A stretch of 64,000 nucleotides of DNA from an uncultured bacterium (GTDB taxonomy: Bacteria; Zhuqueibacterota; QNDG01; CAYUAG01), in contig CAZETW010000001.1 in NCBI GenBank assembly GCA_964515295.1, positions 367 through 64,366 on the forward strand. The letters run 5' to 3'. Positions 28,265-39,300 of this stretch are shown here, in pieces. The notes beneath the pieces were generated by a model, which was not told the DNA's origin, did not search any database, and saw only the letters and a list, made by a program, of their open reading frames with translations. Made by a program: the position numbers and the translations under genes. Position 1 is the first letter of the stretch. Every line of letters starts with the position of its first letter.

Positions 28265-31200
28265 TCATCTTAAGAGTATACATTTTCTTTTCTTTAAGGC
28301 TTTATCCGTTCTTAAAATATAAAAATAAATCCCACTGCTTACATCTCCCCCCGCATCATTAGTGCCATCCCAGATAATAGTATGTTTTCCTCTGCCTTTT
28401 ACTCCCTTACACAATGTTTTAATATGCTGTCCTCTGGTGTTGTATACTGATAGTTCTATAATACAATTATGGGGGACAGAAAACTCAATCATTGTTTCAG
28501 GATTAAAGGGATTCGGCTGATTCTGTTTTAATATATAATCTGCCGGGATCTCACCAGCTTCATCAATATCAGTGGTTTTTCTCATTTCTGCCGTTACATT
28601 TCTCGGAGCACTCATGATAATTTCATCCGGATTATAACTGCCGGTTAAATCTCCCTTCCAGTTAACAAATTCAAATCCCGGTGCAGAGTTGACCTGTACT
28701 GTTACGATTGAATCTTTATAAAACCAGTCCGATTCAGGCAGCATCACACCACCCTCAGGAGGAGTAACAGAAGTTGACAGATAGTATTTTGTCAGAAAAA
28801 ATGCTCTGTATAAACTGTTTACCCCCGCCTCTATTGTCTGTACTCGTTTTCCTTTGTTGTTCCACTCATTAAATATAAATTTCACCCCGCTTAAAGGGCT
28901 GTATGAATCAGTTGTTCCGATTGTATGAATTGTCCCCGAAATCCATTTGAATTGCTTTGGTGATATATAGGTTGTACCATCAACAGTGATTGGAATTCCC
29001 TCCGGATCAGTTGTTACAGTAACTGTACCACGTATAATAAAATGAGCACATATATTTTTGGGATTGTCAATAAAAATGTCAGCCGGATTAGTATTTCCGC
29101 TGAGATCCCCGCTCCAGTAGGAAAATTCATAATCCGTATTCTGTGCAGGTTTTGCAGTTATTGTTACCTGTTCACCTTTATTATACCATTCATTACCACT
29201 GCTGAACTGTATAGATCCTCCCCAGGCTGGAACTGTGGATGTGGTAACTTTATATTGCAAATCCCAGCGAGCTTTCTCAGTCACAGGATTATTAATAATT
29301 ATAGTGTGAGAGATATCCTCTCCACTGTATGCTCCTTTTCCAATTCCGATCCATTCAACAAATACATACTGTGAATCACCTTCCATAGTAATAACAGGAG
29401 GAGCAATGGAAAAAACAGCCTCGGAACCCTCCTTATACCAGCCGTCTCCCTGAGTAATACCATGCCCTGAATTGTCAACTGTAAGATGATGTTGTTTCTG
29501 CCAGTTTGCAGTTACTGTTTTAGGAGAATCCATTATCAATAAAACCACAACTGATGTATCTCCCTGCGCATCATCTGACCAATTGAGGAATTTGTGCCGT
29601 GTTTGATCGTCATAGTGATATCTGTCTACTGAAATAACAGCGGTGGAATCCCGGTTATACCACCTCTCACCTTCAGGGTTGCCGTAGGATGAGTTTACTA
29701 TAAGATAGTATTGAGTGAAATAACGAGCAGTAACCGTACTGTTCGTGAGAGGGACAGTATATAACTGACGCTTTTCTCCCTGGTTGCTCCAGGTGTTAAA
29801 TTTATAGCGGGTTCTATTATCCAGAGATTGCACTGAATCTGCATCAAGATAATGTTCTGAATCTTCTAACCAGGTAAAAGTGTGTGAATCAGTATATAAA
29901 GTATCATCTGCAGTAAATTCCAGTCCCGGCGGATCAGTAGTGATGGTAACCTGGATTTCTTTTTTAAAATTAGCAGTAATATCTTTGGGCTTTGATACAG
30001 TAATGATTACAGAACTTTCAGTACTGGACAGGTCACCGGACCAGCCGGTGAATTTATACCCCTCTGCCGCAGAGGCATTCAGACCTACTTCACTGTCTTC
30101 TTCATACCAGCTACCTGGTGGTGAAGGAGTTATATCTCCCCCCTCATCAGGCTGTTCTGACAGAGAAAGATAATGCCTGGTGATCCAGTGAGCATTAATG
30201 ATCTTGGCATCATCCATGATCACAGAACCGGAAGTTGCAGTCCCGGAATAATCTCCGCTCCAATGGTCAAAAAAATACCTGGTTAAATTATCTCCGATAG
30301 GTGAAGTCAGAGAAAACGAGGCTGTTGTATCTGAGTCATACCATTTTTCACCCTGTGGATTCCCATATGGAGAATTAAGGGTGAGATAATATTGGGTGTC
30401 CCAGGAAGCGGTAATGATTTTGGGGCTTTCCATGGTTACTGAACCGGAAGGATCTGCCCCGCTGTAATCCCCTCCCCAGCTGTTAAACAGATAACGGGTA
30501 GTACTGTCAACATCCGGAGTCGTAACTGAAAAAGATACATTCTGATTTTCATCATACCATCCTTCCCCCTGAGGATTTCCGTGTGGAGTATCAAGTGATA
30601 AATAGTACTGTTCTTTAAAGTTAATGCTCAGATTATCATTAGCACCCGGAACATGATAATTGCGCGCTATATCTTCTGCTCCATCACTCCAGGAAGAAAA
30701 CACATAACGGCTGCCCTGACTGAAAGGCTGAGGAGATTCAGCCTTTAAATAATATATACTGCCTTCAGTCCAGAAAAAAGTATGCGGGGCTGTATATAAT
30801 ACAGCATTAGCGTAAAATTGTAATCCCGGAGGCTGAGTGCTGATGGTAATATAGACTTTTTTACCAAAGTTTGCATAAACATTCTTGGGTTCTGACATGG
30901 AAATGGTAAGAGGATTCTTATCCCCGGATACGCTTCCTGACCACCCGGTAAACTCATAACCACTGAACGAAGCAGCACTCACCGTAATACTACTATCAGC
31001 GTCAACCCATTGTCCGGGAGGTGAAGGGATGATAGTACCGCTGGCATCAGGATTAATTCCGGTAGTTAAGAAATACTGCACAGCCCAGACAGCAAACACA
31101 GTTTTACTTGTGTCCATAACAACAGTTGCAGTAGCAGTAGAATCATAATGATCTCCCATCCAGTTATCAAAAATATATTTAATTGAATAATCTATTACTG

Positions 31201-31672
31201 GTGATGTAACAGAAAAGGTTGCTGAACTATCAGCATCATACCATCCTCCGCCCTGAGTATCCCCGTGAAGTGAAATAACTGTCAGTTTGAACTGTTTTTT
31301 AAAATATACTGTTAAGGTATCATTATAACCCGGAACACTATAGATGTGAGTTTGTTCTCCACCATCTTCCCAGTTTTTATAAACATACTTAAATTCACTG
31401 CTGCTGTCTTGCGGGGATGGTGCAGAAAGCAAATATGTATCCCCCTTGCTCCATTGAAAAGTATAGGGGGCAGTATATTCAACACTGTCAACCTCAAATA
31501 CTAAACCAGCTGGATTTGTATTAATGGTGATTGAATAAGTATCATTTTTTTCAGCCTTAAGCGGATCAATCGGGGGGGCTCGATCGCCAGCAAATAAATT
31601 ACTCACCATGGATACAATGATTAAATATATAAATAATAAAAAAAAATTATAATTTCTATTTAGCAAATACAA
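28265..31672 (-). CDS. T9SS-secreted 1135-aa protein built of divergent InlB B-repeat (Listeria-Bacteroides repeat) units
   Basis: Signal peptide. Repeated Y.LT....P..GG.I.PS.P..W.........A....GY.F.GWSGD.SG..NP..I.M...K...A.F units. C-terminus QNQPNPFNPETMIEF..ELSVYNTRGQHIKTL...GIYFYIL is a T9SS CTD. Confidence 0.8.
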   Translation of the reverse strand: MYLLNRNYNFFLLFIYLIIVSMVSNLFAGDRAPPIDPLKAEKNDTYSITINTNPAGLVFEVDSVEYTAPYTFQWSKGDTYLLSAPSPQDSSSEFKYVYKNWEDGGEQTHIYSVPGYNDTLTVYFKKQFKLTVISLHGDTQGGGWYDADSSATFSVTSPVIDYSIKYIFDNWMGDHYDSTATATVVMDTSKTVFAVWAVQYFLTTGINPDASGTIIPSPPGQWVDADSSITVSAASFSGYEFTGWSGSVSGDKNPLTISMSEPKNVYANFGKKVYITISTQPPGLQFYANAVLYTAPHTFFWTEGSIYYLKAESPQPFSQGSRYVFSSWSDGAEDIARNYHVPGANDNLSINFKEQYYLSLDTPHGNPQGEGWYDENQNVSFSVTTPDVDSTTRYLFNSWGGDYSGADPSGSVTMESPKIITASWDTQYYLTLNSPYGNPQGEKWYDSDTTASFSLTSPIGDNLTRYFFDHWSGDYSGTATSGSVIMDDAKIINAHWITRHYLSLSEQPDEGGDITPSPPGSWYEEDSEVGLNASAAEGYKFTGWSGDLSSTESSVIITVSKPKDITANFKKEIQVTITTDPPGLEFTADDTLYTDSHTFTWLEDSEHYLDADSVQSLDNRTRYKFNTWSNQGEKRQLYTVPLTNSTVTARYFTQYYLIVNSSYGNPEGERWYNRDSTAVISVDRYHYDDQTRHKFLNWSDDAQGDTSVVVLLIMDSPKTVTANWQKQHHLTVDNSGHGITQGDGWYKEGSEAVFSIAPPVITMEGDSQYVFVEWIGIGKGAYSGEDISHTIIINNPVTEKARWDLQYKVTTSTVPAWGGSIQFSSGNEWYNKGEQVTITAKPAQNTDYEFSYWSGDLSGNTNPADIFIDNPKNICAHFIIRGTVTVTTDPEGIPITVDGTTYISPKQFKWISGTIHTIGTTDSYSPLSGVKFIFNEWNNKGKRVQTIEAGVNSLYRAFFLTKYYLSTSVTPPEGGVMLPESDWFYKDSIVTVQVNSAPGFEFVNWKGDLTGSYNPDEIIMSAPRNVTAEMRKTTDIDEAGEIPADYILKQNQPNPFNPETMIEFSVPHNCIIELSVYNTRGQHIKTLCKGVKGRGKHTIIWDGTNDAGGDVSSGIYFYILRTDKALKKRKCILLR

Positions 31673-33074
31673 CCTTTCTCATTTTTATTATATCATCTGC
31701 TTTAAAACTGATAATATAAACACCAGAACTCAGAGAATTATTATAGTTATCCTTTCCGTTCCAAACTACTGAATGACTGCCAGACATCATATACTCATCA
31801 ACTAATTTTTTTATATATCTTCCCTTTAAATCATAAACGTCAATGTTTATATAAGCTGATGTGGGTAAATGATAATCAATTCTGGTCTGAGAGTTAAAAG
31901 GATTGGGATAGTTTTGAAATATTTTAAACCCTTTCACCGGATTAAATTCCGGGTCCCTAATATCCGTATACGGTACAGTTAATGTCCTGTATTTATCATT
32001 GCACCATACTGCATTTCCATTAGTATCTATCGCCTTGACACTCCAGTAATATACGCCTTCTTCAACTGTAAAAATTAATAAAATCGATTCTCTGATAAGT
32101 GATGTATGTTTTCTTAAAATCCCGGATTGAAAAGTTGAATCTGTTCCTAAATAAAATGTATAGGTTATGGAGTCATTCTTGTCTACATTCACCGATTCTT
32201 CCCAAAAAAATTCAATTTCATTCTCTCCACTCTGTATTATAGTATCCTGGGGACTTATTAAGCTGAAGGGAAGAGGATCATCTTCTACGGGAAGAACCGT
32301 TACTTTAAAAGTATCAGAATCAGAGTAATTATAAATATCAGAAACAATTATTATTAAAGTTGCCACCCCACTCCAGTGTGGATCGGGTATTAAGGTTAAA
32401 TTTGGTTTTTCATAAACACAGGTAAAGTAATCACTGCCCTGAATACTTATATCCAATTCATCAATGGTATTATCAGGATCACCTATATGAGAAACAATAT
32501 TAAAAGTATAAGTACTGTCTTCGAAAAATTTTATATCATCAATCGTAGTAATATAAGGCGGTTCGTTGTGAATAATGTTCAGTCTTGCTCCAGATTCGGA
32601 AGAAATTTCCGTTTCGAGCTGTCCCTGAACATCATAGAATAAGGCCTTTTGAATATTAATATCTGTTTTACGCTCTACATCCTTAATAACCCGGACATCT
32701 ATAAATAATAAGGTATCAAGGCTGTCCAGAGCATTAATGAATAATGATTCTGTAGAAAAATTAACTACTCGGAACTCTCCGGTCAAACGATTATAAAATG
32801 GTTCGCCCCAATCTTCGGCTAAGGTACCTTTCTGAGAGACACCGTATATTTCAATAAGTTCAGGGTTATAATTAAACTGCAGATGATACGCCACTATAGT
32901 ATCATCAACTGCAGAACTAAGCTGAACCGGCAGTGAAAACTCATAATTATAACATACCGTTGAATCAGGGATACTAATACTAATTTGACTCATTAATGAT
33001 TCTAAAGTAACCAAAGTATAAAAAAAGACTGATATAACAGCTATTATATTTTTTCTATTAAAATTCATCTTCAA
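31656..33074 (-). CDS. T9SS-secreted 472-aa protein with Ig/FN3-like domains
   Basis: Signal peptide. C-terminus FQNYPNPFNSQTRIDYHL...IDVYDLKGRYIKKL...GVYIISF is a T9SS CTD. Stop overlaps the start of the 1135-aa gene by 17 nt. Confidence 0.75.
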   Translation of the reverse strand: MKMNFNRKNIIAVISVFFYTLVTLESLMSQISISIPDSTVCYNYEFSLPVQLSSAVDDTIVAYHLQFNYNPELIEIYGVSQKGTLAEDWGEPFYNRLTGEFRVVNFSTESLFINALDSLDTLLFIDVRVIKDVERKTDINIQKALFYDVQGQLETEISSESGARLNIIHNEPPYITTIDDIKFFEDSTYTFNIVSHIGDPDNTIDELDISIQGSDYFTCVYEKPNLTLIPDPHWSGVATLIIIVSDIYNYSDSDTFKVTVLPVEDDPLPFSLISPQDTIIQSGENEIEFFWEESVNVDKNDSITYTFYLGTDSTFQSGILRKHTSLIRESILLIFTVEEGVYYWSVKAIDTNGNAVWCNDKYRTLTVPYTDIRDPEFNPVKGFKIFQNYPNPFNSQTRIDYHLPTSAYINIDVYDLKGRYIKKLVDEYMMSGSHSVVWNGKDNYNNSLSSGVYIISFKADDIIKMRKVVFAK

Positions 33075-33340
33075 AATAAATGTATAACAATTTTAATTTG
33101 TTTTCAACCAATTAATCGATATTCTTTTCACTTTTATGTCCACCCTCTTAATATATTAAATTTCTCAGTTCACAACAAAATTTTGCCCACGAAAAACTGT
33201 ATTGTATTAATTATTAAAGTTTTAATTTCCGTGGGCTTCATTTTTAATGATTTTACTCACTTTTTATTTATATTTAAAGTTTCAGCACACTGTATCCCCA
33301 TAAATTTTCTTATGTAAATTCCAATCAATTACATCTATCA

Positions 33341-36300
33341 TTATTTCAGCTTAACCATTCTCTTGATCAATATATTATTCTCTGTGCTTAAACGATAGAT
33401 ATATATACCTGTTGAAACTTCTGCACCCTGTTCGTTTCTGCCGTTCCAATCAACTTCATAAAATCCGGGGGTTTTAAATTCATTTACAAGCACTTTAATC
33501 TGCTGTCCCATCATATTATATATCGCCAAATTAACTGTACCAGCTTCCGGAATCTCATAATGAATTCTGGTTGACGGATTGAAAGGATTGGGATAATTCT
33601 GAGAGAGTATGTATTTCTCCGGTGCCGGGACTTTGATCATTAAAGGAGAGTGTTCGGTGCTGTTTCCATACACATCTATATCAGCGACCTTATAAAAATA
33701 CGTAACACCAACCTGAACTCTGGTATCTTTATAGCGATAAATACCTTCTTCATTTGGCTGAATAAGAGAACTGTTAATCTTATGATACGTACCTGATTCA
33801 GTTATACTGCGCAGAACATTAAATCCCTGATTGTTATTTTCGAAAGAAGTAGACCAATGAATATCAACACAATTACTATTTTTTTCAAATTGGATAAAAT
33901 AAGATGCAAGCTGTATACTGGTTTGAATAATTTCAACTGTCCAGGTATATTCACTGGCAAACGAAACTCCTCCGTCATCACTAATACGTACTTTGACATT
34001 GATATTTTCATCCCCGGAATAATCTTTATCAATTTTATGATAATATACTGCATAATTATGATTCTGGACTATCTGACCATTTACTTCCCATCTGTAGGTT
34101 AGCGGATCTCTATCCGGATCCTCAGCCTCAACCCAGAACATAACCTCGCTGCCGGCATTCACTGTGGTATCTCTTGATACAGGAAGTGTTGATTTAATAG
34201 TTGGGATTCTGTTATTATTTATCACCTCAATGGGTAAGGTAACTGTATCATATCCTCCTTTACCGTCAGTAACTCGTAAAACGATTGAATAAGAACCAGC
34301 CTGTTGATAATTAGGTGTCCAGGTAAAGGTTGCGGTTGTCTCAGTATTTTTAATTATATTTGCACCTTCCGGAAGATCAATAAATCCTTCCTGATATGCC
34401 TGAAAGGATAAAACATCCTGTAGATCATTATCACTTGCATAAACGGCAATAGTAAGTGGCCAGGGATTATTTTCATTTATCTGATAAGGTGAATTATCGA
34501 GTAGATTTTGCTTATTAGAAATTACCGGAAAATATTCATTTTCAACTGCTTCTACATAAAATTCCACTACATTTTGGGAAACAGCTGTTATAACCGCTTC
34601 ACCCGTTGTATTCCCGGCTTTGAACTTAACCATAGCATGACCATTACTGTCAGTCAAAACCGGCTGTGCTCCGATAATTTCACCATCACCTTGTTTTGTA
34701 AAGGTAACAGAAGTTGCTGAAACCGGATTTCCGAATTGATCTACGACTTTAACCATAAGCGGATCTGGCAGAATATGTCCGATAGTACCTTTCTGATTAT
34801 TTCCTCGTACAATTATCATTTCTGCTGCCTGATCTGGCTGCGGGTATATAATAAATTCCAGAGGTGACCCTTTGAGTTGATTATTGGTGGCTTCAATAAT
34901 TATAGTTTCAACCGAACTTCCAATTGCTATAGTAGCACTGGCCACTCCTCCTGTGTTGGTCTTTATCAGATATTCCTGATTTCCCTCAATAGTGGCATCT
35001 CCTTGTATAACAGTAAAAGTAATGGGTACATCTTTTACTTTATTGCCAAATTTATCAGTAACTATTGCTTCAACTGTAATATTCGATTCAAGATATCCTT
35101 GTCTTGTTCTGTCTCCGGAATCAATATAATTAATATTTCTCGGTAAACCGGAACTTACAAAAACTTTAAATTCAACAGGTGAACCCGCTAAATTCCTGTT
35201 TATTGCCTTAACATAATTTTGCGTTCCGCTTTGATCACCAGCAGTAAATAATGTCCAGGCTTGTCCCCATTCATTAGTTTTCATAGAAGTATGTGAGACT
35301 TCACCACCTCCCTCAACTTCAAAACTTACCGGAACACCGTAAACAAATCTGTCATTATTATCAACAACTCTGACTTTTAAGGTATCAGTTAACTGTTCTC
35401 CGGCTTTTCCATTCAAAGCTAAAGAAGTTACATTATCAATCTTATATGCTTCATTATCCTCAGCAGTGGCTTCAAAATTTAAAGAACTTACAATAGAAAC
35501 ATCAGCGGTTACTGATACTATATTCAGTCCTGTCTCTGGACCTAAAATCAGCTGAGACTGTGCTAATCCTTGCTCATTACTAATAACTGGCTGTTTTTCT
35601 ACAATTTCACCTCCACCATCGGAGATTTGAAAAGTAACAGGAATACCTTCTTTGGAATTTTGATTTGCATCAGTCACTTCCACCATCAATGGATACTTAA
35701 GAACTGTATTGATATTCCCCACCTGATGATCAGTGTCTTTTTCATTATATTTCTTGATGTAAGCGGCTTCTGTAGGATTAACATATACAGTATCAACCGT
35801 ATTCAACTGAATGTTTTCATCAGTTACTTGTGCATATACAATCTTCCGACCAGCAGAATAGGAAACAAAGGTGGCATGAGTCTGTCCCTTCTCATCAGTA
35901 GGTTGCTCTGGCCCGTATATATGAATTCTATCCTTAGGAAGCACCTTGATAGTAACACTTTTCCCGAAAATTGGATTACTATATTTATCATACAATGTAA
36001 CCGTTACACCTGCAGAATCCCTCCCGGAAGCTTCTATCGTAGGGGTAGCATCTATCATCGATGAATCCGGATCCACTGAATCTGCTTCTGCAGAGGCATA
36101 AATATATATCGGAGCTCCCTTTAAAGTATTCACTCCATTACTTGCAGAAATCTTTAATATATTATTATCTTCACCTGCCTTTTTCCCCAATACCCAATCT
36201 AGGGAAGCCTTTCCGCTATCATTAGTTGCAACAACAGTGGTAGTATCGCCTAGTCCGTTCAGATGGCCGCCGCCTTTTATTACTGACCAATTTACTGTTA

Positions 36301-39300
36301 CATCTTTCACAGGATTTCCTGGTTTTGTATCATCCAATACCTTAACTTTAACATTTACTGGTTTACCTACGGTTCCTGAAATATGAGAAGGTGAAAGGGC
36401 AAACATGGTATCAGCATTCGAAACTACAGCCGAAAGATGAAATTTGACTTCACGATGATTATAGGCATTATTAAAATATACTGTAACTTCATTATTATAT
36501 TTACCTACTTTCGGTCCCAGGGTTAACCAGGCAGAGGCTAAACCGCTGTGATCAGAATAAAAAACCAATGAATCCTTCGGTGTTTCACCGCTAAAATATC
36601 CATCTCCTGCAGTAACTTTATAGGTGAGCGGTTGATTAACAACTGGTTTTCCCTCACTGTCGATCATTTTTACTTTTAAGGGACCAACTATTTCACCTAC
36701 TACTCCGGAAAGACTATCACCCTCAACTTTTAACAACTTGTCTGCATCTGAGGAAACATACAAGGTAAAACGTTTCGGTGATCCTTTTACCGGATAGAAT
36801 CCATCTGTTGCCGAGGCTTTTATAATATTATTGTATTTACCATGGTACTGGCCGGCTCTTACCCTGATAGATGCAACGCCATCAGGATAATTTGTGGTAT
36901 CAAAGGCTACTTCTCCTCCGGCGCTGAATTTAAAACCATACCCCTCTGTTTCATAAATAATGGGAACACCCCCAGCAGGAGCCCCAGAAGGTGAACTTGC
37001 ATATATCTTTAAAGGAAATTTAAATATGGTTCCTGCCTTTGCTTTCTGATTATCTCCACTCCCCTGAGGTTTATATATCTCAGATATTTTATAAAAAGCT
37101 GTATCAACTAATACAGTATCAAAATGCAGACTGGTCCTGGCGATAACTATCACTTCCTCAGGATCAGGACCCATGGTAATATTTCCTTTGGCAATTCCCA
37201 GATTATCTGTATAAAACCGATGTTCTGCAACTGACGCTTTTCCTTTTATCACCTCAAAAGTAACAGGAGTATTCTTAATTGGCAGAGGCGGAGTTGCATC
37301 ATCCAAAACCTGTACCTGTAAAATCTCTTTGAACGTTTCATTAATATAGAGTTTTTGATCTGCCTGAAGTGAGACCGGGAGCAGCTTACCCACTAAACCA
37401 GTCCCTTTGTTTACCCGGCCTGTAAACTTAATTTGCTGACCTGTATATCCTTCAAAAGTTGCCAGCACTTCATATAAAGTATCCTGACGTCCAAGCGTTA
37501 AATACGTCGATGCTTTTCCATACTCATCAGAAAAAACACTTGTATCAGAGAGGCTTCCGTCTAAAGAATTTACAATCTCAAAATTGACCTTATGATTAGG
37601 TACTTTATTCTGATATGCATCCAGCAGAGTAATGACAAACTGTTTTGGCAGTGTGGTACCTGCATCACCATATTGGTTATCATTTAATTTTAATAATGAA
37701 CTCGGAACATCCGGTAAAGCTTCAGCTTCAAAAGCCACTGAATTTTCAGCTCCTAAAGGTCTGGCAATAATCCTATTAAGTCCTTCATTTATATCAGGAG
37801 TACTTTTATCATCAGCAGTGGTGCCCAGGGTCCAGGTAGCAGTAGCTATTCCATTGTCATTGGTTAAAACCGCATTATTGGGTTCAGTATCCGGAACATT
37901 TATATACCCTTCTTCTCTGGTCAGCAGCAACTTGTCCAGGGGAACATCTGCATGGACAGTTTTGATTTTCAGCGTATGCATCCCTTTACTGAGTTGCCGG
38001 GTAAAATTCTCACCTTTGTATCCTACCTGTACTACATCCCATATCCAGTTAGGACTTCCACCCTGTTTCTGCTGAATATACCACGTAAATTCTTCTTCAT
38101 TGGCTGTACCTTCATCAAAAACAACAGCAAAATTCCACCCCTTATAATCATTCTGCGCCCACTTGGTGCGAGCATAGAGCGTATACGTACCTGCCTGATC
38201 AATATATATCTTGTATTCAGCATATCCGGTTCTATCCGGGGTTTCCTGGGATGATTTAATATACTTCCCGCCTGAGGCAGTCTGATCTTCAATCTCAACC
38301 ATGGGCGTTTCTATGGAGGTATACCACTCTGCCTCAATATACAGCCTGTCATTATTGATTTCTCCTGATCCGATACTTCCGTTACCTTTTGTTACATTAA
38401 AATATACCGGCCAGTCAGGAAGGAAAATATTATTTTTATCATATACCCGGACCTGCAGCTCTTGCTCTAATTCTTTATTTACTGTATCGGAAGGTAATGA
38501 AACCGGACCTACAGCTTCAATATATTCTGCATTCATTCTCATAAATGAAGTTGAAAAAGAATTTACTGCGTTATAACGGTTATTTGCCTTCTGAGTGAGC
38601 ATTATACCTGCATAGTTTTCTTCCTTATTCCCGAATAACTTCTTATAATCATACAATGCAAACCTGGATGCTGCCCGCCAGGATGAGCCGCTTATTCCTC
38701 TTTTTATAAATAAATCAAATCTGTTATAGGCATTATTATCAGTATTGATAATTACTGCTAAGGTATCCCCTGCTCCCGGATATCCGCCTAAATTTTCAAT
38801 ATCTAAAGGAACAGCATCTAATCGTGAATTAGTAGGATCAGCAATAATACCATTATCTATACGAAACAGATATATTACATCCAGCTGATTACGGATAAAT
38901 AACAAGTAACCATTTGCTGATGTGCTTGTATCACTGGCCAGCAAAACAAATCCTCCGTTTGCATTTTCTCCGCTTTGAGGATCCTGTACACTGTTGCCCC
39001 ATACCATTCTGACTTCAGAGGGATTTGTCCCGCTTTTATAGATTGCCATACTCCCCCAGTCTCCGGTCTGATAATCATTATACAGCTCTCCGTTGTCTTC
39101 ATCAATTTTGTATTCATCCGGATTATATACCCAGTTACTGGTAAACACATCACTTTCATCCAATTCATCAGTAATCAGATTTCTCTTTGCTGTTCTGGAT
39201 GATACTGTCGGAGACAAGTCTCCGCTGTTTCCCCAGTCATCAATGGTTTTAATGGCAAAATAATAATCAGTATTCGCTAACAGACCTTCAACTGTGACAC

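Noticed and set aside
383-33236. Recurring TTTTCGTG(GG) octamer at 383-392, 33184-33194 (reverse complement) and 46061-46068 as a shared regulatory motif
   Set aside because: Three hits of an 8-mer in 128 kb of double-stranded AT-rich sequence is about chance expectation. Only the phased triplet at 367-390 is kept.
33802-38576. Numerous 60-165-aa ORFs on both strands inside the 2552-aa gene (e.g. 33802-34053, 34877-35146, 35570-36064, 37632-38075, 38301-38576)
   Set aside because: They lie entirely within and antisense or out-of-frame to a gene with strong domain evidence, and are low-complexity and AT-codon-biased. Spurious ORFs expected in an AT-rich genome.
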